A stretch of 63,525 nucleotides of DNA, the filler included, from Octopus bimaculoides (taxonomy: Eukaryota), in NCBI RefSeq assembly GCF_001194135.2. It is 6 parts of 5 records of this genome, joined end to end, with 100 filler letters (N's around TTAATTAATTAA, not from the genome) between each part and the next. Parts side by side here need not be neighbours in the genome. Positions count along the whole stretch, not along the records: positions 1 to 9,453 come from NC_068982.1; positions 9,554 to 37,716 come from NC_068982.1; 4 more parts are not named here. One strand, 5' to 3'. Below are positions 1 to 12,129 of the stretch, in pieces. The position numbers and the translations under genes were made by a program. Numbering within the stretch: the first letter of the stretch is position 1; every line of letters begins with the position of its first letter. The notes beneath the pieces are model-generated. The model saw only the letters and a program-made list of their open reading frames with translations. It had not been told where the DNA came from and did no database searches.

Positions 1-62
<62 letters not shown>
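1..62. repeat. (TAA)n microsatellite abutting the 5' junction of an RLE retrotransposon
   Basis: Pure TAA run of about 20 units directly before GATGCACAG, the first bases of the element. Confidence 0.95.
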
Positions 63-1826
63 GATGCACAGTATGGTTATAAAATATTTGATAAAAATAT
101 AAATCATCTCATTTACATGGATGATTTAAAGCTTTTTGCAAAGAATGACCAACAACTCAAAGGCCTACTAGCGATTGTTAAACAATTCAGTGATGACATC
201 AGGATGCAATTTGGCCTTGATAAAGGTAGCTTTTGTACAAAAACATCTAATGTGAACCTTGACCAGCAAAATATCATAAAAGAGTTAGAACCAGCGGAGA
301 GCTACAAATACTTAAGGGTAATTGAAGGGGACAATATTAAGCATTCAGTGATGAGGGAAAGGATCAGAAGAAAATGTTATCGCAGGGTGAGAGCAATACC
401 GAAGACAGAGCTAAACGCAAGAAACAGGATCGAAGTGATCAATGATCTAGCCATACCAGTCGTGACTTACAGTTTCAATATAGTTAACTGGTCAATTACT
501 GAAATATGTAACGTTGACAGAAAAATACGAAACCTGTTGACAATGCATAGAATATGCCATCCTAAGGCAGATATAGAACGTCTTTATCTGCTGCGAAAAG
601 AGGGAGGCCGTGGACTTCTACAGCTGGCATTAACAATGAAGGTAGCCACAATTGGCCTAGACAGCTATCTGAAAAACTCTGAGGACTGGATGCTAAAACT
701 TGTCTCAAAACATGAAAGCAAGAAAGCATCTTACTCAGTAACAAAACAGGCAAAGGAATATCTAAGCGAATTCCAATTACAACAAATTCAAGAATTAGAC
801 GAACTAGAAACACTCGCAGAAAAAGCTAAGCGCTCGAAAACCCGTGCTAAAATTTCTGCCTTCGATATTATGGCTGATAAAAGGCATGGAAAACCTCTCA
901 ATGGCAAATACCCAAAGAGAGCGAATAATGCAGATATTTACAAAGCCCTTACCCATCAATGGCTAATGGCCTCTGGCTTGAAATCAGAAACAGAGGGGTT
1001 TATCATAGCAGCCCAAGATCAATGNNNNNNNNNNNNNNNNNNNNNNNNNNNNNNNNNNNNNNNNNNNNNNNNNNNNNNNNNNNNNNNNNNNNNNNNNNNN
1101 NNNNNNNNNNNNNNNNNNNNNNNNNNNNNNNNNNNNNNNNNNNNNNNNNNNNNNNNNNNNNNNNNNNNNNNNNNNNNNNNNNNNNNNNNNNNNNNNNNNN
1201 NNNNNNNNNNNNNNNNNNNNNNNNNNNNNNNNNNNNNNNNNNNNNNNNNNNNNNNNNNNNNNNNNNNNNNNNNNNNNNNNNNNNNNNNNNNNNNNNNNNN
1301 NNNNNNNNNNNNNNNNNNNNNNNNNNNNNNNNNNNNNNNNNNNNNNNNNNNNNNNNNNNNNNNNNNNNNNNNNNNNNNNNNNNNNNNNNNNNNNNNNNNN
1401 NNNNNNNNNNNNNNNNNNNNNNNNNNNNNNNNNNNNNNNNNNNNGACCATCGATCATGTTGTCTCCATGTGCAGTTTGCTTGGTGGGAACACAAACCACC
1501 CCCAGTACATGAAAAGGATCACATAGCACTCCTCTGGGACTTCACCATTCAAACTGACAGAAAGATAGATGCAAATAGGCCAGACATGATACTGAAAGAC
1601 TTCAGACAAAAATCATGCCTCCTCATTGATATGACTGTCCCAATTGATATAAACGTATCTGTCAAGACCTACCAAAAACTGACCAAATATAAAGATCTTG
1701 AAATAGAAATTAGCAAAATGTGGAATCTGAACACGAAAACAATACCTATTGTCAAAGGTGCCCTGGGAATGACAGCGAAACGGGCTGATTACTACCTAGC
1801 TCAGATAGCAGGAAACCCCAAAATGG
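63..1826 (+). mobile_element. 5'-truncated non-LTR retrotransposon with RT and restriction-like endonuclease (R4/Dong-like clade)
   Basis: RT motif HLIYMDDLKLF, then YKYL and the ETEGFIIAAQDQ block. After the gap: TIDHVVS (end of the CCHC knuckle), then, after a frameshift, LLWDF..TDRKIDANRPDMILKD..CLLIDMTVP..KLTKYKDL, the RPD..D..K restriction-like nuclease. Broken just before the normal C-terminus. Confidence 0.9.
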
Positions 1827-1836
1827 ATATCACTAA

Positions 1837-3728
1837 AGTGATATCCATCTTGACCAAATATACAGATTAATGAATACTGGATTGCATTATATGATCGGCG
1901 GGTTGCGTTTATCGGCTGAATTTAATTTCCTCTTCCTTGAAATAATAATACCTCTCTTCCGATACTCGTCGCCGTTAATAATTGCTGCTACTTAATTTGG
2001 AGCAGGGCATCGTAGCGGCCTCTGTGCTCAGCAATAGGCTTTTTGTCTGCATCAACAACTATCCTGTATCCAGTGGGTGGGGCAGATTCCAATGCATACT
2101 TGAAGCTTCTGATGTAGCTATTGCTTGCATGCAACATATCTTGCAGACCAAAGATTAAATTTTCTTTGAAATTTTGGAGGTTAAATGACCGTTGCAATGC
2201 CTGCTCCATGTAATTTGCCACAAGATATAGCTGTAAAAATTGAGGAATTTTGCCTTCAGTTGGCAACAAAGATCCAGTAAGACTTGACCATGAACTATAA
2301 AAGTTGGCTTCATGCTCCCTTCTCTTATAATATTGCTACCAAAGGAGGTCATTGGAAAGCTCAACTATAATGCTTAATGTTTTTCAAGAAGTGCATACTC
2401 CTTGGTGCATACTCCCAAAGGCAATCTCATCACAGTATCTGGGGATGTCCCAAATGTTCGGTAAAACAACCTTGCTTCCGCCACAACATATAATGGTGGA
2501 TTCTCTTTCTCATTTCTTTTCTTTACAAAAACTGCACTCTTTTGACATTGCTCCAGTGTCAATCAATTTCTCTGCAGAATAATCATGTTTTGAATCATAG
2601 TTGAAAGCTGATCTTTTCCAACTCCTCGTAAACAGTGCAACTCATTTGTCGAACGTATTCAGCCTATCTTGATGAAGACGCTTACGTCTTTCATCTAAGG
2701 AATGACTAAGTCTTGCAACTACTGGCTGCTCCTGGCTTTTTCTTTGCCTTATCTCTCACTGACCTATTGTTTCATTGGCAACTCTGACAGCTTGTCTTTG
2801 TCTTGCATCCTTTAAACGTATTTGTCTTTCCTTTTCTGACACTTGGCTCCTGCGGATTGCATTTTGTTGATGTGATGTAATTGTTCTAACCGTTTTTCCC
2901 TTGCGATTTGTGACTCGTTGGCCTTGCATACAGCAGATCTCCTTCTATCATTTTCATGCCTTTACTGTCGTTGTGCAGGGCTCTCTAGTGACCTTACTGT
3001 AACTACCTGCACTCGTCCTTCCTTCACTGTAGAATACTATTCATTTAAGTCTACCCCATCTTTCCTGTAGACAGTGAGAACGTTTTTCTCGTAAACTTTT
3101 TTGAAAATTAAGATTAAAAAATGAGTGAAAGTTAAGTAAATATGTTCACAAGAGTAATTGAAACAAATGGCGTCTGTGGAACGCCGCACGCGCAAGCGCA
3201 GGCACGCACACATACAGTATCAAACATCAACATCTCTTTCGCTCCCGTTTTCTCCCCTTTCTTTGTTCCGGCTTTCTTTCACCTTCACCTATAGAACACA
3301 CCTGCAGTATCAAACATCATCGTCTTTCTGTACCATTATTCCTCTCTCTTTCAGCTTCTCCTATAGAAACTTGGTTTCTTTCTCTGTTTCTTTCTCTTTT
3401 CTCTCTGTCTTTTTCTCATTCTGTGATTCTCTCGCTCAAACATATTCTCTCTCACCCTCTATACGTACTACTCTCTTTTAGACTGTCTGTTTCTTCCACT
3501 CTTTCACTCGCTCTCTATCTCTCTCTCTCTATCTCTCTCTCTCTGACTCACTCCCACACACTATTTATATTTCGTCCACTATCGAAAAAAGTTGTGACGA
3601 ATGAGGAGAAGAAAGAGGAGAAGTAAAAAGTCACTTCCTCACTTTACTTCTCTGTTTCATTATCTCACTCCTCCATTAGTATTGTGTACAGACATACAAA
3701 TACACAGCTGCTAATATATAGATATAGA
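1837..3728 (-). mobile_element. Helitron, 5' portion with degenerate N-terminal RepHel; Rep catalytic and helicase parts missing
   Basis: Minus-strand 5' end A|TCTATATCTATATATT at 3728. Frameshifted peptides ICCGGSKVVLP, MTSFG..MKPTFIVHGQV, LLPTEGKIPQFLQLY, QDMLHASNSYIRSFK, ADKKPIAEHRGRY and RSYNAIQYSLI..GQDGYHF match the conserved pre-Rep region of Helitron RepHel proteins. Confidence 0.85.
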
Positions 3729-3847
3729 TGTGACGTAGTCGTCGCCCTCGGTGTGGTATAAAATGGCGTTTACGATATTTGACTTCATGATATGTTTATA
3801 TATGTAAATATGCCTGTGCCTCTGTGTGTGTGTGTGTNNNNNNNNNN

Positions 3848-3894
<47 letters not shown>

Positions 3895-4274
3895 TTGCGT
3901 GTGTGTCTATATGTGCGCGCGCGCGTATGTGTGTGTGTGCTTGTGTGTGTATTATCAATGTAATATGTATCCAACTTCGGATACATTTGGATATATTACA
4001 TTAAATTCTGCACAAGAGTATATCTTAGGTATATAGGGGAATGTACATGTATACATATGTACATACTCAGATACACACACGCACACACATTTACTTATAT
4101 ATAGATAGGTACACACAAGTGCACACATCGCTTCACAATATGCTGATTTCGCTGACAAATGTGTTAAGCGGAAATGTTTGCACGATACCCAGCCACTCAC
4201 ATGAGAGTTTAATATCCAACCATTCAGTTGGTCGAACAACTGAAGCTTTAACGTCGAAAGCTATGGAGATCCTG

Positions 4275-4328
<54 letters not shown>

Positions 4329-4357
4329 GTCTATCTGTCTGTCTGTCTGTATGTCTG

Positions 4358-4410
<53 letters not shown>

Positions 4411-5095
4411 TTTAATAATTAACTGACTAGATACACCACACTCATACATCCTCCCACACGCACATACCTGCACGTAGGTCTGTGACGAATATTGGTTATA
4501 ATAAGCTATTATCTAAGAACCACAGCTGTTTTCTTTGTTAGGCGTTTTAAGTTTGTCCATATTTCGTTAATCATCTTAATGTCCTAAGTTCCCTGTTTTT
4601 TTTTTTGGGGGGGGGGTTCTTCAGATCTACAATTTCGGTGAAGCCTTGATGTTTTATGCCATTTTAATTATCTATTAGAAGTAATTATTATTTGCCGTAC
4701 GTTATTGTTGCCTTATTATAAATTGTCATGGAATAGGAAATATTGCTGAATCTTAGACATAAAAAAGAAGCATCTACACAACATACAACTTTTATCATGT
4801 TTTAAGTATTGCTTTATGAAAAGACATTTCTCAGTGTATANNNNNNNNNNNNNNNNNNNNNNNNNNNNNNNNNNNNNNNNNNNNNNNNNNNNNNNNNNNN
4901 NNNNNNNNNNNNNNNNNNNNNNNNNNNNNNNNNNNNNNNNNNNNNNNNNNNNNNNNNNNNNNNNNNNNNNNNNNNNNNNNNNNNNNNNNNNNNNNNNNNN
5001 NNNNNNNNNNNNNNNNNNNNNNNNNNNNNNNNNNNNNNNNNNNNNNNNNNNNNNNNNNNNNNNNNNNNNNNNNNNNNNNNNNNNNNNNNNNNNNN

Positions 5096-5137
<42 letters not shown>

Positions 5138-6179
5138 GTGTGTGTATGTGTGTATGTGTGTGTATATACATATAAGTATGTGTGCTACAGTGGAATAATA
5201 GAAGCGCATGTCATCATCATTATCATAACCTCATCATCATGAACATCTTCAATAGTTTACGTCCGCTTTCAATGCCGGCATTATTTAAACGAATAATTAT
5301 GTTCTGTTTAAGATTCTATTGAATAGATCACATCCAACCCGTATTTTCTGTTATTGAAATAGTTTCTACGAATGTGGGCCCTGTCTAATGGCAAATATTT
5401 AACAGAATGTACTTCGCGCATTTTTTCATTAAAGAAATTATCATACCATCCGCCGTACTACAAGTTCCTCTCGAAGCTAATTTCTCTCCCTTTGACCAAC
5501 ACCCATTTTAGAGAATGTACGAGATGGATTTTATTGTGGTAGTAGCTCGACTGTACTTTTGTTGCTGTCCACAAGATGGAGAGTCATCACTATTCCACAG
5601 AGTGTCCGGTCTTATGGGCCCTTACTTAGCTGTATGTGTAAGTGAACGAGAGTATGAATGGAGAATCGATGAAGAAAAATAGCAATAGCAAAATGCTATA
5701 AAATTTCACAATGGTGGCCCGATTGTAATGAAGAGTGATTAGAAACTGGTGGCAGAAAAAGGGTAATTGTAGTATTTGTTATTTACAACCTGATCAGCTA
5801 CTCTCTTTTATTCAAAGGCATGACCATGAGAAAGAGAGATAGATACGAATAGTTTCAAGAAAAGCTTGTGTGTAGACATAGCTCGGAAACCTTCGTTACT
5901 GGATGGACGTGTTCCAGCTAATAGGAGAGTATGTGACTGAGGGCAAAATGGCCAGTTAATTCCAATGTCATCCCTAGTTACACAAGCAGCATGGTGCAGC
6001 GAAATGGCATTCTTCTGCAAAGACAGCTTGTGGGGATAGTGGGACTAATAGAGAAATTATTGGTTGAGAGACGTAAGTGAACCAAAGAGGTAGGGAATAA
6101 TTGAAGGCTTAACAGAGCGACATTGGGAGCGATTCTCAATATTCAGAAGTATCATACCTCCCAAGATCTGTCGTCCCCA

Positions 6180-6740
6180 TGCTGATTTTGCCGCCTTTGT
6201 GCAGGTGGAATGGTTTCTTATACTTCATTTCACTGATCGTCGTGGTTATTTGCCATATTTGTGAGCCTGTGCATAGTCGGATCTGGTCTCACCACTTCAA
6301 CCAATGTTTTTCTCGTTCTCTATCTTCTACAGCTTTCAAACCTTATCATACAAATTATTTATACATCCCCCATATGCCTCATAAGAATGCATTAGCACAA
6401 TTCTCTCTCATTCAGTCTTTGTATTTACTCTTTACTCTTTCTCTAAGCTCATTTTCTTCAGTCGTTCATGTACGTTGATATATAACACCTCCATCGGTAT
6501 GTGCTGGCGTCATTTTTTTCAAGTCTTTCCAAATCCTCAGCATTCAAACCCATCAAGTTGTTTTCAAGCAGCATTACTGTTTGTACACGAACATCACGTG
6601 AAATGCATTTCATTTAGAAATATAGACGCTTCCTCAAGCTGCAAAATTAATGAACCCATTTTTACTCTGGCTGTCTGCTTTCGGAATACTTCTATAGCTA
6701 ATTAGATACGAAAAGCAATGAACTAACTGTGTTTACCGTT
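6180..6740 (-). mobile_element. Degenerate RTE-clade LINE, ORF2 3' fragment
   Basis: Minus-strand translation with stops and frameshifts gives TVML...GLNAEDLERLEKNDAS.YRW.C.INVHER and a VVRPD...LT stretch, resembling RTE ORF2 C-termini. Confidence 0.55.
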
Positions 6741-7639
6741 TCGACATTTGAAGGACGCATATTTCAATTAAACTCTGAACCTACGTGAGATGTGTGTGTG
6801 TGTGTGTACGTGTGTGTGTGTGTGTGCGTGTGCGTATGTGTGTGTGTGTACGTGTGTGACTGTGTATGTATGTGTGTGTGTGTGTGTGTGTTTATGCTTG
6901 TGTGTGTGAAAGAGAGAGACAGACAAAATTTGAGAGTTCAAATTAACAGTACATAAAAACGAAGTAAACTACAATCAGATAATCAAAATAAATGACACAA
7001 ATCATGTTTAGAAAATTTATTTGTATGATTACTTCCAGATGGAAATTTCAAACGAGTCAAATGAAAACAAAAGTCTTATGAAGATATTGAGAATGACATT
7101 GAAAGTGGTAGAAGGAAAGAGAAGTGAAACGCATATGAGTGGGATATCAGAGAATATTAGAGTTGATATCAGAGAATATTAGAGTTGATGAGTTTTATGA
7201 ACATGAACATATTTAGAATATAGAAACAAAGTAAAATAACAATATGTTATGAAGTGGAATAATATTACAGAAACTAAGATGGAATAATGTGCGGAAAACA
7301 TTTATTGGCGTAAAAAATGGGGAAAGAAGTGGAATGAATGATTAAAGGTTATTGAAATATACTAATATATATATACATATATATATGTGCGTGTGTGTGT
7401 ATCCATATTAGTATATTTCATCAATCTATCTGTCTATCTATCTATCTATCTATCTGTATGTACCACTTGAAAAGGAGGATGAGGATAGAGAGGAAAGTGT
7501 TGTCGAATGAAAGTTTCAATAAAAAATGGGTAAATGTGGCAAGAATGGTAAGAATGAAAGATGACACCATTTTAAGCATAGACTTGTAACAAAAAGAGAC
7601 AAAAAGAGAGAAGGTACTTACTTTCATGTACCTTTAAAA

Positions 7640-7906
7640 AAAAAGCCTGAGGTGACCGTGGTTTTTTCCGTAGGCTTTTCTCTCCACGGATAAACCTAAT
7701 CTGTTCCCCGTTTTTTACATCGACTGTGATACACGATCCCTATTGATCGCCCCCCCCCCNNNNNNNNNNNNNNNNNNNNNNNNNNNNNNNNNNNNNNNNN
7801 NNNNNNNNNNNNNNNNNNNNNNNNNNNNNNNNNNNNNNNNNNNAAAAGCTCTACTTTGTAATTTGTCCATTTTCTGTATTTAGCCCTGTGTGGCTATAAT
7901 AAAAAG
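7640..7906 (+). mobile_element. Probable L1/Tx1-type 3' UTR fragment
   Basis: Ends TGTAATTTGTCCATTTTCTGTATTTAGCCCTGTGTGGCTATAATAAAAAGA, similar to the 3' end of the Tx1 element at 22921-23000. Interrupted by an N gap. Confidence 0.4.
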
Positions 7907-7932
7907 ATATCTATCTATCTGTATGTCTACAT

Positions 7933-7994
<62 letters not shown>

Positions 7995-8529
7995 GAGTCA
8001 ATAAAAAAAATGGTATCGGCAGGATAACATTTTGCATGAGGAAGAAAAAGACAAGAGTATTTGAATACGGAGTAAATTACAAACTAAATACCTTCAAATA
8101 TACAACTGGATAGTGTGTTGCAAATACAATAACAATTGAATTAGAGTGGAATCTGCATGGAATAGTGTTATGGTTATTGTGAGTTTTGATTTGAATTAAA
8201 GAAGGAAAGACAATTTTAGAGATAGAGTTGGAAAAACGTATAATTACATTAAGCTTGATTTTGCGTAGACACAAAGTGAAACCCACTAGGGTATTTTGTT
8301 GGTCATAAATGTTTATGTTAGAATTTATAGATTAGGTATAATTATTTATACGTGTTAGAGAATTTAATAAGTTATAAATATTTATATTTCTTCATAGAAT
8401 CTATGTTTGCAGGAAGGCCTTAGATATTCTTTGGGTTATGATAGTAAATATTCTTTTCCTATTCCAGTGTTTGTGGGAAGGTGTTATTGAATCATGTCAA
8501 GTTTTTAAAAAATTACTGACGCCTGTTTC

Positions 8530-8707
8530 TTTTCTTTTCTACTCTAAGTACAAGGCCCTAAATTTTTGGGGAGGTACTTAATTTATTGACCTCGACAGGA
8601 CGAAAGTGAAAGTTGACCTCAGTGGAATTTGAACTCAGAACGTAGAGAGACGATATACCGCTAAGCATTTTGCCCGGCGTGCTAACGTTTCTGCCAGCTC
8701 ACCGCCT
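8530..8707 (-). mobile_element. SINE family A (tRNA-type head GGCGAGCTGGCAGAA; body GCCTTTCATCCTTTCGGGGTCGATAAA)
   Basis: Matches the many other family A copies in this window; B-box-like GAGTTCAAATTCC. Confidence 0.85.
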
Positions 8708-8717
8708 CACTGAAGGT

Positions 8718-8917
8718 AGCTTCTTTTCTTTTTCTACTCTAGGCACAAGGCCCGAAACTTTTGGGGAGGAGACCAGTCAATTAAATCGATCTCCAGTACG
8801 CAACTGGTACTTAATTTATCGACTCAGGAAGGAAGAAAGGCAAAGTGGACGTCGCGGAATTTGCACTCAGAACGCAAAGAGAGACGAAATACCGCTAAAT
8901 ATTTCGCCCTGCGTGCT
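8718..8917 (-). mobile_element. SINE family A, head-truncated, in tandem with the previous copy
   Basis: Same body and GGCCTTGTGCCTAGAGTAGAAAA tail as the other copies. Confidence 0.85.
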
Positions 8918-9083
8918 ACCCAGTAGAACTGTTACAAAATGTTTACCTCCTTGGTACGGTCAGATTTATCAGGAAAGTATTAACTGGAAAGAACGGTACC
9001 GTAGGTAGCAGGTAATAAGCCCGCTACGCATGCAAGACTCCAGGAGTTTCAAAACAAACCTGTGATAAAGAGAAGATAATAAC

Positions 9084-9402
<319 letters not shown>

Positions 9403-9403
9403 C

Positions 9404-9434
<31 letters not shown>

Positions 9435-9453
9435 GAAGAAGAAGAAGAAGAAG

Positions 9454-9553
9454 NNNNNNNNNNNNNNNNNNNNNNNNNNNNNNNNNNNNNNNNNNNNTTA
9501 ATTAATTAANNNNNNNNNNNNNNNNNNNNNNNNNNNNNNNNNNNNNNNNNNNN
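9454..9553. other. Artificial scaffold linker, 44 N + TTAATTAATTAA + 44 N (also at 37717-37816, 45462-45561, 55624-55723, 61536-61635)
   Basis: The identical 100-bp construct occurs five times; the 12-mer places stop codons in all six frames. Confidence 0.95.
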
Positions 9554-9699
9554 GCTGTGCCCAGTAGTGCAATTTTCTGTATGTTATATATATTTGTAAG
9601 TCCTGGTGTTTTTGTTATGTATTTGTCTGAATGTTTTTTATTATACCTAAGGCATTATTAATTATTATTATTATTATTATTATTATAATTATTATTATA

Positions 9700-9740
<41 letters not shown>

Positions 9741-9742
9741 CA

Positions 9743-10025
9743 CTCTTTTACTCTTTTACTCTTTTACTTGTTTCAGTCATTTGACTACTGCCATGCTGGA
9801 GCACCACCTTAAGTCGAGAAAATCGACCCCAGGACTTCTTCTTTGTAAGCCTAGTACTTATTATATCGGTCCTTTTTGCCGAACCGCTAATTACGGGACG
9901 TAAACACACCAGCATCGGTTGTCAAGCGATGTTAGGGGGACAAACACAGACACACAAACATGTACACACACATACATATATATACATATATACGACGGGT
10001 TTCGTTCAGTTTCCATCTACCAAAT
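9743..10025 (-). mobile_element. SINE family B, 3' two-thirds (internal CA/TA microsatellite, (AAAGAGT)n tail)
   Basis: Minus strand reads TTGGTAGATGGAAACTGAA..microsatellite..CTTGACAACCGATGCTGG..GCTCCAGCATGG..ACTGAAACAAGTAAAAGAG; same family as 19570, 42060, 45671, 60687 and 62341. Confidence 0.85.
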
Positions 10026-10396
10026 GGGTACAGGACATCAAAAAAAAAACGTAGACAAAATGAGAAACGCGAACATAAAAGACCAAAAAATGGAAAACGA
10101 ACTTTTTTTCGAACAACGAAAGAAACAAAGAAACAGAGAAACGAGACAGGCAACATTAAGAACATTCCCTTCATCAGTTGTTCCCTGTTTTATCTACTCC
10201 GCGTTCTCTTTACCTTCGAAACGCGGAGTAGATAAAACAGAGGACAACTGATTGAGGGAATGTTCTTTATGTTGCCTGTTTCGTTTCTCTGTTTCTTTGT
10301 TTCTTTCGTTGTTCGAAAAAAAGTTCGTTTTCTATGTTTTTGTCTTTTGTGTTCTCGTTTCTCATTTTGTCTACGTTTTTTTGATGTCATGTACCC
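10026..10396. mobile_element. Fold-back (MITE-like) element: near-perfect 371-bp palindrome
   Basis: Arm 10026-10205 (GGGTACAGGACATC...) is the reverse complement of 10220-10396 (...GATGTCATGTACCC), with a few mismatches and a loop of about 14 nt. Confidence 0.85.
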
Positions 10397-10444
10397 ATAT
10401 ATGCATGTATATACACATATATAAGTAGGTATGTACATATATGA

Positions 10445-10895
10445 TGGATCCTGAGAACATTCAGAACCAGAGATAAGGAAACCATGATGGTCCTCTGGAG
10501 GACATTCGTCCTCAGCTGCCTGGATTACTGCTCACAGCTATGGTCACCCACCAGTGTGAAATTAACAGCGGACCTTGAAGCAATCCAGAGAAGATTCACA
10601 AAGAAGATTGTCTCTTTGCAACTGCTCAGCTACTGGGAAAGTCTGAAACAGCTAAGGCTCTACTCCCTGTAGAGAAGGCGGGAGAAGGCAGTAATATACA
10701 TGTGGGAGATCCTGGAAGGAATTGTGCCAAATTTTGGCATTGAAAGCTACACCAATGCCAGAAAGGGACGACAATGCATAGTGCCAAAGATCCCAGCAAT
10801 GCCATCGCGCTTCAGGACCAGTTACTGCAACAGTTTGGTTTTCAGGGGCCCACAGCTTTTTAATATTCTCCCAAAGAGCCTGAGGAACCTGCACA
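10445..10895 (+). mobile_element. CR1-clade LINE, ORF2 C-terminal fragment
   Basis: LWRTFVLSCLDYCSQLWSP..DLEAIQRRFTKKI..LSYWESLKQLRLYSL*RRRE..GPQLFNILPKSLRN, typical of CR1 post-RT sequence. Confidence 0.9.
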
Positions 10896-11142
10896 NNNNN
10901 NNNNNNNNNNNNNNNNNNNNNNNNNNNNNNNNNNNNNNNNNNNNNNNNNNNNNNNNNNNNNNNNNNNNNNNNNNNNNNNNNNNNNNNNNNNNNNNNNNNN
11001 NNNNNNNNNNNNNNNNNNNNNNNNNNNNNNNNNNNNNNNNNNNNNNNNNNNNNNNNNNNNNNNNNNNNNNNNNNNNNNNNNNNNNNNNNNNNNNNNNNNN
11101 NNNNNNNNNNNNNNNNNNNNNNNNNNNNNNNNNNNATATATA

Positions 11143-11178
<36 letters not shown>

Positions 11179-11394
11179 TGTATGCATGTATATAAACAGC
11201 ATGTTTCACCAAAAAGAAGAATTATGATTGTTACTAAATGTGACCAGGTTGCTAGAAACACTTTCATTGCTTGAAATAAGAGCTAAAATGTTCTATATAC
11301 GCACTTACATGAGCGCGTACATGCATGCATACATACATATGTACGTACGTACGTATGTACGCATGTATGTACGCACGCATTTACATACATAGAT

Positions 11395-11990
11395 ATTTCT
11401 GTTGATGACCTAAGGTTATATTCTGGTAACATGAACAACATTCTCACAACATTCTCACGAGCAATAGGAATGGAGTTTGGTCAAGAGAAATGCTCATACA
11501 TGATAGTCAAGCGAGGAAAGATTATCAACCAGATAGAGAACATGGACATCAATGGCGTATCTGTCTCCCCTATCTCTAATGAGGAAAACTATAAGTATCT
11601 CGGAGTCGGCGATAATGTTGCACACGTTGGTGTTGCGACTAAAGCCAGAATAACAAAAGAATACTTCTGTGAAAATCTGGATCACAGAGTTGTCTGCATT
11701 TAATAAGAGCATGTCTCACAATGCTTTTGCCGTTCCATTGCTTGTACCAACATTTGGGTTATTGGACGAGATCTGCAGCTGGACATCAAAACCAAAAAAG
11801 GCACTGACCACCACTGGCAACTGCAACATTAACAGCAATACCGATACGATTTATGTAAGATGAAGTGATGCGAGTAGAAGCATAAGGTCAATCCAAATAG
11901 CCTTTTAATGTTACATTATATCGCTCAGACAACACCTGCTGAACAGTATAGAAATGGGTACATTCCATGCATACACAAAAGTGAGAGCAA
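11395..11990 (+). mobile_element. Degenerate RLE-type (R4-like) RT fragment, diverged subfamily
   Basis: VDDLRLY..FSRAIGMEFGQEKCS..ENYKYLGV..ELSAFNK..HNAFAVP parallels the peptide at 117-600. Confidence 0.75.
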
Positions 11991-12060
11991 GAACATCTTT
12001 ACAGAACTACTGCAGCTACTGCTATTACTGCCGCAGCTACTACTGCTGCTGCTGCTGCTG

Positions 12061-12129
<69 letters not shown>

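Noticed and set aside
5808-6130. Possible L2/Jockey LINE remnants here and at about 21520-21960
   Set aside because: Only faint motif echoes (WN.., KAFD-like); too degraded to support a call.
8918-9008. Peptide TVTKCLPPWYGQIYQESINWKERYR, or an opposite-strand 37-nt exon
   Set aside because: Short, wedged between SINEs and unsupported by neighbouring exons or homology.
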